DNA of 64,000 nt from an uncultured Planctomycetota bacterium (GCA_963719315.1 CAVRBU010000002.1:192001-256000), one strand, 5' to 3'. Shown: positions 43,907-54,177, numbered from the stretch's first letter. Numbers and translations are program-made. Notes: generated by a model not told the origin, from the sequence alone.

Positions 43907-44022
43907 GTCGATCCTCTATTTTCTGATGTGTGCCGGAAATCGCGTGCCGATCCGCAACAATCTGTTTTGGAAATGACCCCACCACCCGCTACCGGGTAGC
44001 GACGCCGCTTGAAATCTCGGCA

Positions 44023-44523
44023 CTACCGTAAAGCCACGATCATACCCAACACCACCGCAACCAGCGTCGTGGCGATTAGCAGTGTGCGGAGACTGAAAAG
44101 CCAGCGCACGCAACATAACCAGGGGACCGCGGCAATAATGCCGAAGCTCAACGTAGGAAACCAATATGGTATAACGAGGATTGAAGCAGCTCGACGCACC
44201 GGTGAGGATAGCCAACTTGACTTAAAGCCCAGATAAGACGGCAACGGGTGTCCGGTTCCATCGTTGTAATTGACTTGAGTGCCTTTTTGAATCGTAAAAC
44301 TGTAAAACTTGGTGCCCCAGCTCTCGCGAGGCATTGAATGGGAATAACCAAACCAGGTATTGCCTACCTGCCCGTGGAATGAGATCAATGACAGGTGGGT
44401 CCGATTGTGTAGCCACTCGATACGGTCTAAAACCTTGTAGCTTCGCACCCACAACGCGATCAACAACACGGCGACCACGCCCCACCCCATCGTCCACGCG
44501 ATTCGCAACTTGCGGAATCTCAT
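44023..44523 (-). CDS. Planctomycete-type small membrane protein
   Basis: MRFRKLRIAW...LWVRSY start and FSLRTLLIATTLVAVVLG C-terminal TM. Confidence 0.7.
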   Translation of the reverse strand: MRFRKLRIAWTMGWGVVAVLLIALWVRSYKVLDRIEWLHNRTHLSLISFHGQVGNTWFGYSHSMPRESWGTKFYSFTIQKGTQVNYNDGTGHPLPSYLGFKSSWLSSPVRRAASILVIPYWFPTLSFGIIAAVPWLCCVRWLFSLRTLLIATTLVAVVLGMIVALR

Positions 44524-44648
44524 TCAGCCAACGATATCAGCGCGGCTACTACAGCAGGAACTGCAACGGCAGCAACGCGATAAGTGGCGACGGCCTGGGG
44601 GCTCGTTGCGCTCGATCTCAACAACTCGGGTGCAGGCACTCTAACTTT

Positions 44649-46001
44649 CTATCGCTGCCAATACCAACCGGCTTCCGCAGAAGGAAGGGTAGTATGCGTG
44701 CTCGCCAAATCTTTAGAAACCTGCGTTCGGTCGGCCACTTGCCAGGGGAAGATTTGGACGCCGCCGGAGACACTCACCACCCAACTCCGGCCGGCTCTAA
44801 CAAAACTCGCTTGCGACGGCACTGTTCGCGGGGCGGGGAACTCAACAAGCGGTTCATCGCTCATGAGATTCGGCATCACGAGGCCGGACCGCTCCGTCAG
44901 GCGCTCCTTTGCCAGCAGTGCGCCGACCACGGCCAGATCCATCACGTTGCGAAGTTGGCCGAAGCTCGAATCCTCGCGGGCCAGCTCGTCGAATTTTTGC
45001 GTGAACGTATCCGCCCATTTTTGAGCGGTCGGGTCTGCCTTGCCGGAGTGTTGCTTCTGGCCCGCGCTGTCCATGAAATCCTGCTCGGTCATGCAGCGGA
45101 CGCCTTGACCCTTGAGCTCCCAGGCAAGACCATCGGCATCGCGCTGTAACGGTTCGTAATTGGGCGCCAGCCACCAACGCGGCATCAAGTTATTGGCATT
45201 CCGGCCGCGGAGCAAGGTCAGAAAGCTCGGCATCCCATCAACGGGCGCCGGTTCGAAGTTCATCGCCAGGCGTTTCATCCGAAAGTCCGCGGCGACAATC
45301 ACGCGGGCAAAATGGCTCGTCGCCGGGATGCCGGTGACACTAATCGTTTGCGGACCGACGGCTTCTTCCATCTGCTTCGAAGCCACCTGCGGACTGGAAG
45401 ACAGATGCCGCGCAAGCTGCTGCATCCGCTGCAAACCTTCCGGCGTCGGGTCGATCGAGCAACTGATGCCGCTGGCGTTCGCCGATTCGGCAACGCGGAG
45501 CGCAACCATCAGGTCGTCCAACGTAAGAACGGGGCAGCCGCTCGTCGCGCCGACGATGCTGCCACGTGTATCGACTTTCCAGCCTTCAGCGGGACCGGCG
45601 AGCACGATATCTTGCTGCTCCGGGTAGACCAACACATAGCGAACGCGCTGCAGGCCAGCCAGCAGCAGGACTGCTTCCGGCAGCGGCTTGTTGGCGGCCC
45701 GGGCGCTCGCAATTTCAGATTCAATCTGCTTGAGCGACACGAACCGCAAGTCGGTCCACTTTTCCAAGTCGGCCGGCACCTGCTGCAGTCCTTTTTGCCA
45801 CGCCGCTTGCAATTGCTTCAATTCTCCAACTTGCGGGTTGGAAACAACGCCGTCGGTGTCGATCTTCACACCCCCGACGCCCGGGTTGCGAAAAGCACCG
45901 CCAAACTGTGCCCGAACTGAATTGAACGAAACGCAAACGGCCGCAATGGCCAGAGCGACAAGGACCCGTCGCTGCTGTTTAGAAGAAAACGTGCAAGACA
46001 T
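44649..46001 (-). CDS. DUF1598-like secreted protein
   Basis: Signal-like segment; GGVKIDTDG, LRFVSL, LAGLQRVRYVLVYPEQQDIVLAGPAEGW, ADFRMKRLAM. Confidence 0.75.
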   Translation of the reverse strand: MSCTFSSKQQRRVLVALAIAAVCVSFNSVRAQFGGAFRNPGVGGVKIDTDGVVSNPQVGELKQLQAAWQKGLQQVPADLEKWTDLRFVSLKQIESEIASARAANKPLPEAVLLLAGLQRVRYVLVYPEQQDIVLAGPAEGWKVDTRGSIVGATSGCPVLTLDDLMVALRVAESANASGISCSIDPTPEGLQRMQQLARHLSSSPQVASKQMEEAVGPQTISVTGIPATSHFARVIVAADFRMKRLAMNFEPAPVDGMPSFLTLLRGRNANNLMPRWWLAPNYEPLQRDADGLAWELKGQGVRCMTEQDFMDSAGQKQHSGKADPTAQKWADTFTQKFDELAREDSSFGQLRNVMDLAVVGALLAKERLTERSGLVMPNLMSDEPLVEFPAPRTVPSQASFVRAGRSWVVSVSGGVQIFPWQVADRTQVSKDLASTHTTLPSAEAGWYWQR

Positions 46002-46506
46002 GAGAATAGTGCCTCCGCCGCTCGGCCGGTGGGCGTGATGCCGCATCGCCGGCCGTTGTTTACGAGCGTTCCAAAAGTAACTGGCTGCTACCTTCACACT
46101 AATCGCTAACCCTAGTTGTTTCAACAGTTTTGGGATGCTGGCCGCCCTTCATGGCATGGGGCTGATAAAGCTTCCGGTCTGAGCTCGCACGTTCGGCAAC
46201 CGTTCCGGCCGCCAAAGCCGCGAAAACGTGGGTTCGCATGCGGAAACTCTCCCGCCGGATCGTCCGTTGTGGGCCGACATATTTGCCGTAAACCTTGGCC
46301 ACATGGGCAGTTCTGTGCGAATCGACTTGAACACCTACCCCTAGCGCGAATAAGTTGTAAATAGGGTGCCACATTGCCGCCCGGCAGTGTGGCCGGTCGG
46401 CGGCCCGCCGATCGGGAGGTCTTGTCCAGAAATAGCTGGCGGCAGCGCATGGTGCGCGCCGCCCGCGGGCCGACCGTTATTTGGGTTACTCTGCGCTCTA
46501 TATTCG

Positions 46507-48546
46507 ATGACGGCATATCTGGTTATTCGCGAAGGCTCGAAATGGACCGACGTTTTTCGCCTGGTCGATGGCGAGTCGGTAACGGTCGGCCGTGCGCCAA
46601 CCAACGCGATCGTCGTAAAGGACGAACGATGCAGCCGCAACCATGCCGAAGTCTTTCAGTCGGGCGGCAATTGGACGCTGCGCGATCTCGATAGCCGTAA
46701 CGGCACGCTGGTCGATGGCCAGCGGATTCAAATCGACTACCAACTGCAGCCCGGCGAAATCATTCGCATCGGCAATTCGCACCTGGCGTTCGTGAACGAC
46801 TTGTCGCAAGCGTTTCCCGATTCACACTCCGTGCTGCGATCGGCGCAGGCTGTCGATCAATCGATCGGCGAAGAGGCGACGGTCGGCCCGCCCGATCACG
46901 AAAGTGTCTTGGAAACTTACGAACCGACGACGATCACGCACCGCCGCGGGCAAAGCCGCTTCCTCGAGCCGCCCGAAGAAGAAGACGTCGATGTCTCACT
47001 CCCAAAAGTCGGCCGGGCCGCCGCAAACTTGTGTCGTCTGGCGTTCGAGCTTGCGAAGGCCACCGACGTAATCACGCTCGCCAATGTGGCCCTTGATGGA
47101 CTGTTCGAAGGCACGCAAGTCGACGCCGGCGCGGTGCTGCTGCAAGCCCGCAGGCCAACGCCAAAGCCAAAAGCGGACAATCTGGAAGTCATCGCTTCGC
47201 GGAGCGATTCGCCGCATCAGTATCATCGCGTTTCCCAGTTCTTGTCCACAACCGTGATGCGCGAGGGACAAGCGGTGCTCGCCCGCAACGTCATGGACGA
47301 CAGCCAACTCGGCAGCCGCGATAGCAAGGGCGAAATCCTGGCCACCAGCGTGATTTGCGCGCCAATCCGTCGCGACGGCAAAGTGCTCGGGGTCATTCAT
47401 CTGTATTCAACCGATGTCGGCAAGCCGACCGACCCGGACGATCTCGAATTCACGCTCGCCGTCGCCGATACCGTAGCGGTAGCACTCGAAAATTTGAGCC
47501 GGCAACAGGAATTGGCCGAAAACCTTAACCAGATTCGCGACGAAAATGTACAGCTCCGCGAACGACTGGGCGTTGAGAGCGAAATCATCGGCACGAGCGA
47601 GGTAATGAATCAGGTGACCCGCGAGATCGCTCGCGCCGCGCCCAGCCGGGCAACCGTCCTGATCCGCGGCGAGAGCGGCGTCGGCAAAGAACTCGTCGCC
47701 CGCGCGGTCCACTTCTCCAGCCCGCGGAAGAAAGGCCCCTTCGGTTGCCTGAACTGCGCCGCGCTTTCCGAAACCTTGCTCGAAAGCGAATTATTCGGCC
47801 ACGAAAAAGGCGCGTTCACCGGGGCCACCGAGCGAAAAATCGGCAAGTTCGAGGCGGCCGACAAAGGCACGCTCATGCTCGACGAAATCGGCGAGATGAG
47901 CCCCAAGACACAGGCAAAATTCCTGCGCGTGCTGGAAGGTCATCCGTTCGAGCGCGTTGGCGGCAGCGAGCAGATCAAAGTCGATGTGCGAGTGATCGCA
48001 GCCACGAATCGCGACCTGGAAAAAGACGTCGCCGAGGGAAACTTCCGCCGCGACCTGTATTTCCGCCTGCATGTGTTGGAGATTGTCGTGCCGGCGCTCC
48101 GCAAGCGCCCGGAGGATATCCCCGAGCTGTCCGAGTATTTCTTGCATCGCTTCGTCGCCGAAACGGGAAGCAAGATCAAAGGCTTCACGCCGCGGGCAAT
48201 GGAAGAGATGCTCCGCTACCGCTGGCCCGGCAATGTTCGCGAGATGAAAAACGTCATCGAGCGTGCCGTCGTCCTCACGCGCAGCGAATACATCGATCAC
48301 GATGACCTCGTCCTCTCGACGCTCCGCACCGCCGGCGATACGGACTCTGGCCTGCTGGACGCCGCCATCGCCCGCAACGAGCCGACATCGCTGGCCGATA
48401 TCGAAAAACAGCACATTCTCGAAACTCTCCGCCAAACCGGCTGGAACAAGAGCCGCGCCGCCATTATCCTGGGAATCGAACGCTCGACGCTCGACCGCAA
48501 AATCCGCCGCTACGATCTCGTCGAAGAAAAAACGCACGGGGATTGA
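46507..48546 (+). CDS. FHA-GAF-AAA+ sigma54-dependent activator
   Basis: FHA (VGR...SRNHA...DLDSRNGT), GAF (SVICAPI), [17 protein letters not shown]. Confidence 0.93.
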   Translation: MTAYLVIREGSKWTDVFRLVDGESVTVGRAPTNAIVVKDERCSRNHAEVFQSGGNWTLRDLDSRNGTLVDGQRIQIDYQLQPGEIIRIGNSHLAFVNDLSQAFPDSHSVLRSAQAVDQSIGEEATVGPPDHESVLETYEPTTITHRRGQSRFLEPPEEEDVDVSLPKVGRAAANLCRLAFELAKATDVITLANVALDGLFEGTQVDAGAVLLQARRPTPKPKADNLEVIASRSDSPHQYHRVSQFLSTTVMREGQAVLARNVMDDSQLGSRDSKGEILATSVICAPIRRDGKVLGVIHLYSTDVGKPTDPDDLEFTLAVADTVAVALENLSRQQELAENLNQIRDENVQLRERLGVESEIIGTSEVMNQVTREIARAAPSRATVLIRGESGVGKELVARAVHFSSPRKKGPFGCLNCAALSETLLESELFGHEKGAFTGATERKIGKFEAADKGTLMLDEIGEMSPKTQAKFLRVLEGHPFERVGGSEQIKVDVRVIAATNRDLEKDVAEGNFRRDLYFRLHVLEIVVPALRKRPEDIPELSEYFLHRFVAETGSKIKGFTPRAMEEMLRYRWPGNVREMKNVIERAVVLTRSEYIDHDDLVLSTLRTAGDTDSGLLDAAIARNEPTSLADIEKQHILETLRQTGWNKSRAAIILGIERSTLDRKIRRYDLVEEKTHGD

Positions 48547-48662
48547 GTTGCGATTCCAAATCAATTCACCACGGATGGCACGGATTTCGCGGATAGAATT
48601 CTGATCGCTCTCAAAGCAAAAAACATCCGTGTTATCCGGAAAACCGTGGTTCGATTCTTACT

Positions 48663-49811
48663 ATGACGCTGCAACGATTCCCGTCTCTCTTCGCTTTGTA
48701 TCTACTAGCCGCGACGATTGCTTTGGCGGCGACGACCTTATTTGCCGACGAACCGCGCCACTCCGAACCGCAGCCCCTCTTCCCAAAAGCGCTCGCCCCC
48801 GGAGACACGATCGAAATCGTCGCCCCGGCAAAATATCTGGATAAAGAACGAATAGAGCTCGCCCAGAAGCGCCTTGAAGAAATGGGCTTCAAAGTCCTAA
48901 TCCCACGCAACCTCTTCCGCAAGAAGGGCTTCCTGGGCGGCTCGGACGAAGAGCGCGCTGCCGAACTGAATGCCGCCTTCGCCGACCCGCAGGTAAATGC
49001 CGTCATGCCCGGCACCGGCGGCTACGGAACGACTCGAATCGTCGACAAACTCGATTACGACGTGATTCGCCGGAACCCAAAAATCCTCATCGGCTTCTCC
49101 GATATCACGGCACTCCACATCGCCATCCATCAGAAGACCGGCCTCGTCACCTTTCATTCGCCGCTGCCGGAATGGGGCCTCGGCAATGAAGAAAATCTTT
49201 CGCCTTACGCGGCCAAGTGGTTCTGGCGGGCGATCTTGGCGAATAGTTACCGAACTGGATCAGTACAACTACTACACGGCTACACCATCTACACTCATCC
49301 GAGCGAAGGACCCAAATCGGAGGACGCCAAGCTATTTGAGGAGGTCCCCCGCCCCGTAACGATGCACGTCGGCAAAACCCACGGCCGCCTCATCGGCGGA
49401 AACGTATCGGTGCTTCACGCCCTAATGGGCACGCCCTACGAAATTCAAACCGATGGCAAGATCCTTTTCCTCGAAGACGTCGGCGAAGCGCCCTATCGCG
49501 TCGACCGCATGCTTAGCACGCTACGCCTCGCCGGCAAATTCGACCACGTCGCCGGCGTCATCCTCGGCCAATTCACCGCCCGCAAAGAAGAAGCCAAGTG
49601 GGACGATGACGAATCAATCGACGACGTACTGAAAGAATACTTCGCCAACCTGAACGTCCCGGTACTTGCCAACTTCCCCCTGGGCCACGTGCGGTACAAC
49701 GCAACGCTCCCCGTCGGCGCCATGGCAGAACTCGATGCGGAGGAGCAAACGTTAAGGCTGCTTGAAAACCCAGTGAAATTACCGACGGGCAAAGGAAATA
49801 ATGGCAACTAA
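48663..49811 (+). CDS. Secreted S66 family (LD-carboxypeptidase/MccF-like) peptidase
   Basis: GGYG, GFSDIT, LIGGN, LFLED, PLGH. Confidence 0.9.
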   Translation: MTLQRFPSLFALYLLAATIALAATTLFADEPRHSEPQPLFPKALAPGDTIEIVAPAKYLDKERIELAQKRLEEMGFKVLIPRNLFRKKGFLGGSDEERAAELNAAFADPQVNAVMPGTGGYGTTRIVDKLDYDVIRRNPKILIGFSDITALHIAIHQKTGLVTFHSPLPEWGLGNEENLSPYAAKWFWRAILANSYRTGSVQLLHGYTIYTHPSEGPKSEDAKLFEEVPRPVTMHVGKTHGRLIGGNVSVLHALMGTPYEIQTDGKILFLEDVGEAPYRVDRMLSTLRLAGKFDHVAGVILGQFTARKEEAKWDDDESIDDVLKEYFANLNVPVLANFPLGHVRYNATLPVGAMAELDAEEQTLRLLENPVKLPTGKGNNGN

Positions 49812-50394
49812 CACCAAATACTCGCCCATAGTGCATTACTGCACGCTAAGAGAAGACCTCGCATCGTCGCAGCTAGCGGAATATTTACGGGAACTATGCA
49901 CACTTCTTGGCCAGTCTGCAAAGCCGTTTGTTTTTCACGTCCGCGAACTTAATTCGGCCGAGATTGCGCATATAATCGCGCCTCCATCCCCAGAAACTAT
50001 TTCGAACCTCTCCGAGCGCGTAGTTGAAAAACTGTATTGCGAACATGGACACGCGCGGACGGTGATTTGCTGCCCGAAGGAGCATGACTTCGCGTCACTT
50101 GCACGTAAGGAAAATAAAACCGCGTACTACGGAGTTCGAGGTGGATGCGTAGCTCTCGTTTACGGATCAACCGACAAACGTGTTATTTGGCACGAAGCAT
50201 TACACTTGTTTGATGCAAAGGACTGCTATGATACAGTCGACCCCGTTCAAAACCCAGGTCCAACCTGCGAGCCGAATTGCCCGAATTGCATCATGCAATT
50301 TGACCCTGCATGCTCCAATATAGAAAAGTGGCCATTTCTCTGCGAAGAAAACATTGCCAGGGTACAATCGGCGATGTCTGCATCGCATAATTAG
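49801..50394 (+). CDS. Cys-rich HEXXH (zincin-like) hypothetical protein
   Basis: IWHEALHLF..KDCY...CPNCIMQ; AT-richer codons than its neighbours. Confidence 0.55.
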   Translation: MATNTKYSPIVHYCTLREDLASSQLAEYLRELCTLLGQSAKPFVFHVRELNSAEIAHIIAPPSPETISNLSERVVEKLYCEHGHARTVICCPKEHDFASLARKENKTAYYGVRGGCVALVYGSTDKRVIWHEALHLFDAKDCYDTVDPVQNPGPTCEPNCPNCIMQFDPACSNIEKWPFLCEENIARVQSAMSASHN

Positions 50395-50407
50395 TGCGTC
50401 TTGCGTC

Positions 50408-50868
50408 CTACGCCTCATCCGCCGCCCGCAACCACGGCCGAATCGTCGGTTCGTTCGCGCAGATTTCATCGTTGCGAAAGTACAGTGCGATTTGCGCGCC
50501 GCTGCCTCTGGCCCATCCGAGGCATGCACCATGTTCATCTGTCGGCTGGAGCTAAAATCACCGCGCACCGTGCCGGGCGCCGCTTTAAGACCGCTCGTGG
50601 CCCCGAGCATCTCGCGGACAACGCGAATCACCTCCAGCCCTTCCACGACCGCCGCCACTATCGGGCCGCCTGTAATGAACGCCTCCAGGGTTGGGTACCA
50701 ATCTTTCTTCACATGCTCGGCATAGTGCTTCTTGGCCAAGTCCGGTGTCACGCGCATCATCTTCATCGCGATGATGTTGAGACCCTTGTCCTCAAACCGT
50801 GCCAGAACGCGGCCCATGAGGCGGCGCTGGACACAGTCGGGTTTGAGGAGGATGAGAGTGCGTTCCAT
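50408..50868 (-). CDS. ndk: Nucleoside diphosphate kinase; frameshift near 50493
   Basis: MERTLILLKPD, APGTVRGDF, NMVHASD; adding one G gives REIALYF...AADEA*. Confidence 0.92.
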
Positions 50869-50919
50869 CAGGACGGTCGGGGGCTGAAGGTCGAGGGGCA
50901 AGAGCGAGGAAGTCGAATT

Positions 50920-51414
50920 CTATCCCGTTCTCAAATTCGGCTCAACCCGAACGCCCTCACCCGGATTGATAATCGCCGGCTGAGTGTCGGGCGCCACCGT
51001 CGGCCACTTGAAATTTACGTTGACGGGCGATTGTATTTCCACTAGGCCCCGAGGACCGGCAACCAAGTCCGTACCCTCGGTCCAATCGACATAGGCGCCA
51101 TTGCGGCCGATGGAACCATTGTGCCGCGCGATAGTAAGCACAATACGGCGTTGGCCACGCCACATATCCTGCCACTCCCATGGCATCACCTCGGCATAAA
51201 CGCGATCCGGCTTCGGACCGTTTTCAGGCCGAACGATTCCGCTCCATCCATCATCGCCAATCATCAACTCCCTGGCCGTGTCGAAATCCTGCCGCGATAC
51301 AGCGGTCACGAACTTCCGGGCAAGCGCCGTCGGCCGAACGACGTGCAAATAGAGCGCGGCGGCCAACAACGCGAACGCGACAAGCATGAACCGCAACGAG
51401 AATCGAGCTCGCAT
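50920..51414 (-). CDS. Membrane-anchored hypothetical protein (RFSLR family)
   Basis: RFSLRFMLVAFALL...RPTALARKFV; paralog of 53749-54177. Confidence 0.7.
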   Translation of the reverse strand: MRARFSLRFMLVAFALLAAALYLHVVRPTALARKFVTAVSRQDFDTARELMIGDDGWSGIVRPENGPKPDRVYAEVMPWEWQDMWRGQRRIVLTIARHNGSIGRNGAYVDWTEGTDLVAGPRGLVEIQSPVNVNFKWPTVAPDTQPAIINPGEGVRVEPNLRTG

Positions 51415-51787
51415 GAAAACCTCCGCGTCGCGTCCGGCGAGCGGACATTATATCGTGAGCGCGCGACCAGCCGGTAGACCGTAAGCGGCTTTTCCCACAA
51501 TGTCTTGGGAGTGGCTCAACTTGGGTGACTCGTAGATGGTCGAGGGCGGAGGGTCGAGTGTCGAGGACCAGAAAGCGACTGCACCGCTGCCTTGAAGCCG
51601 GCCCTCGACACTCGACACTCGACACTCGACCCTAGACCTTCGACCTCTCGCGAAAGGCCGAAATTATTCTTGAGTCGTTCCTTGGTAGGTTCCTTCTGAC
51701 GGAAGAGACTTCGGCGCAAATTCGTTGTCCGTCGGCCTTCCGAGGCCCCGCTCGGCAAGCGGAACCTGCTTTTTGTGTGAAGCCGGC

Positions 51788-51815
51788 TTGAACTATACAA
51801 ATGTACAGTTATAGT
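51788..51815 (+). promoter_or_regulatory. Sigma70-like promoter with overlapping palindromic operator
   Basis: TTGAAC-16nt-TATAGT; palindrome AACTATACA-AA-TGTACAGTT at 51791-51810. Confidence 0.6.
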
Positions 51816-51822
51816 GGTTGGT

Positions 51823-53018
51823 ATGATCGGACACGTCGATGCAGATTGTTTTTACGTGAGTGCGGAAAGAGTCCGCTTCCCCCATTTATGTGGCTTGCCG
51901 ATCGGCGTATTAGGCAACCATGGTGCGTGTATTATTGCAAAATCGTATGAGGCTAAGACGGCGGGAGTTAAGACCGGAATGCCGATCTGGGAAGCTCTCC
52001 CGATTTGCCCGAATGGTGTGTACGTCAAACGCGACTTTGAATGGTACGAAGTATTAAGCCGGAGGATGCTGGCTATCGTCCAAGAGATAAGCCCGCGTGT
52101 GGAGTTCTATTCCATCGACGAATCCTTTTTCGAGGCTCGCAGCGCAACACTTCAAGCTGCCCAGGAATTGCAGCAGCGAATACTGCGCGGCGTCGGGGTG
52201 CCAGTGAGCGTTGGCATCGCCCCCACCAAAACATTAGCCAAGTTGTGTTCGGATTCGTCCAAGCCGTTCGGCTGTCGCGCCGTCCTCACGGATGGCGACC
52301 GGCTTGCGCTTCTCGACAACTTGCCGATCACCGAAGTCACCGGCATCGCCAAACGTAGCGCCCAGCGGCTCGCGGAACACGGCATCACGACTTGTAACCA
52401 ATTCGCATCCGCCGACAGGGCGTTCATTCGCTGGCTACTCACGAAGCGCGGCGAAGACCTTTGGTGGGAGCTGCGCGGCACGCCAGTACAACAAGTATTG
52501 ACCGTCCGCCCGGATCACAAGTTCGTGTCGCGAGGCGGCAGTATCGGTAAGGCATCGAACGACGCTGACCGCGTAACGGCCTTCGTGGTCCGTAACCTGG
52601 AACGATTGGTCGAAGCGCTGCACCACTATCGAATCGTTTGCGACCAGCTTATCCTATCGCTGTTGTTCAAGAATGCTCCCGAACGATCCATGCGCGTAAG
52701 CCTGCCGGGCAGCACCGCCGACTTCGAGCAATTACGACAAGCGACCTTATGGCTGCTGCCCAGGGTCTGGCAGCCTCCTACGCTCGCCGTGCATTACATG
52801 CACGTTATCGCCGGCAAGTTGCGCCCTATGCGGATCGGCAGCGGAGCCTATTCGAAATTCCCCACGGTGAACGGATAGCCGACGTGAAGCGCCGCATCAA
52901 TAATTCCGTAGGACGATTCGCCTTGCGCAGCGGGACCACGCTGCCCCTGGCAGACGTTTATGGCGATGCGGCGGCGTCCTACGATATCTGCGATATTTAC
53001 GGCAAGAGTTGTTTTTGA
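51823..53018 (+). CDS. Y-family DNA polymerase (DinB/UmuC-like); frameshift near 52825
   Basis: HVDADCFYVSAE, AKSYEAK..GVKTGM, YSIDE, SVGIAPTKTLAKL; the second frame supplies a QRSLF clamp-binding-like motif. Confidence 0.9.
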
Positions 53019-53027
53019 GGTCTTCCC

Positions 53028-53498
53028 ATGTGCAAAGGTATCTCAATCCTGAAAGCCCGCTTGAAGCAAGAGTTATTCGAGCAGTATGAACTGGCGAACC
53101 GAGTCACAACCCGCGGCGGCGAGCCCGAGTTGCACTTCATGTATACCGATCCTGGCCAGGTCCTCCTGCCGGTGCTGCACGCTGGCCAGATGGTCATCTA
53201 CGAGTGGGGTAATCGTGGCAACAAAGACTCCCGGCTACCGCGTACCGGTTGGTGCCGAACCGATAGCCTGGAGTCGGGCAAGTGGCGTTGGCTGTCGCCG
53301 GAACCGGTCGAGATCCCAGCCGATTTCGGACTTGAAAAGGGCGTGTGGTTTCAAATTACCCAGGGGATCAAGGGCGTACTGGTCAATGATGAGCAACAGC
53401 GACCGCACGTCTATATGCTTACCCAAGACGCCAGCCACTACTACCAGACGATGACCAAACACGACCGCATGCCGGCCCTGATCGACCAAGAGATTTAG
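53028..53498 (+). CDS. Compact SRAP-like (SOS response-associated peptidase/HMCES-like) protein
   Basis: Cys at position 2 (MCKG), FGLEKG, MLT...HDRMPALI; 9 bp after the polymerase stop. Confidence 0.6.
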   Translation: MCKGISILKARLKQELFEQYELANRVTTRGGEPELHFMYTDPGQVLLPVLHAGQMVIYEWGNRGNKDSRLPRTGWCRTDSLESGKWRWLSPEPVEIPADFGLEKGVWFQITQGIKGVLVNDEQQRPHVYMLTQDASHYYQTMTKHDRMPALIDQEI

Positions 53499-53555
53499 AG
53501 CGTCTAACAAGATGGCCGGGACTGCCCCGATTTTGCGGCGGGCAACATCGCGGCG

Positions 53556-53688
53556 CTAGTGCGCTGTCACAGCTTGATTTTGGGATTAGCCGCGGGGCGC
53601 TAGCCCCCGGTTGGAGCGGCACAACCCGGGGCTAGCGCCCTGCGGCTGATGCGCCCAACCCCAATTTTTAGCTGTGACAAAGCACTAG
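53556..53688. mobile_element. MITE-like element with an internal long hairpin
   Basis: Ends CTAGTGCGCTGTCACAGCT / revcomp CTAGTGCTTTGTCACAGCT (17/19); internal 26-bp arms at 53588-53613 and 53622-53647 (24/26). Confidence 0.65.
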
Positions 53689-53748
53689 TCGCGGAGCAAA
53701 TTGGAACTGTCCCCTGCTCCGATGCCGATCGGTATCCGACTTTTTCTA

Positions 53749-54177
53749 CTACGAGTCTGGTGCTCGCAACTCTGGCGATGAAAAACCCTCACGCATTTCG
53801 ACGGAAGTGAGTTTGACGACGACTGTCGCGAGCGAGCTCCATCTATATCTCAAACGGCTCGCATCTTCCCTGGCAGACACCTCGACCCTGACAATCCGTT
53901 GGAACCTCCACACATCGCGCCACGTTCGCGGGTCCAAACTCGCCGTCGCTTTGAGATTGGTTGAAGAATAAGTAACGCGGGGAGCGATCCCCTCTAATCT
54001 CGCCTTCAGCGGAGCACCGTTCAGCGTCAGCCTCGCCAATTCGTGGTAGTCAGCCTGGTTGACCGAGTCCACGAATCTCTGGGCGACGACCGTCGGACGA
54101 ACGAAAAGCAGATATAAGAACACCGACGCCAGAGTGACGGCGCCGAGCAGCCAGCGTAGTGAGAATCGTGGTCGCAT
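53749..54177 (-). CDS. Membrane-anchored hypothetical protein (RFSLR family)
   Basis: RFSLRWLLGAVTL...RPTVVAQRFV...WRDVWRFQR. Confidence 0.7.
   Translation of the reverse strand: MRPRFSLRWLLGAVTLASVFLYLLFVRPTVVAQRFVDSVNQADYHELARLTLNGAPLKARLEGIAPRVTYSSTNLKATASLDPRTWRDVWRFQRIVRVEVSAREDASRLRYRWSSLATVVVKLTSVEMREGFSSPELRAPDS

Larger units (their letters stand above)
42084..43986. mobile_element. Non-autonomous IS1-family-derived cassette carrying passenger genes
   Basis: IRs GGTAGTGGGGTCATTT (42084-42099) and revcomp GGTGGTGGGGTCATTT (43971-43986), 15/16 identical; flanking DR CGCTACCT (42076-42083) / CGCTACCG (43987-43994); internal transposase stump. Confidence 0.75.
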
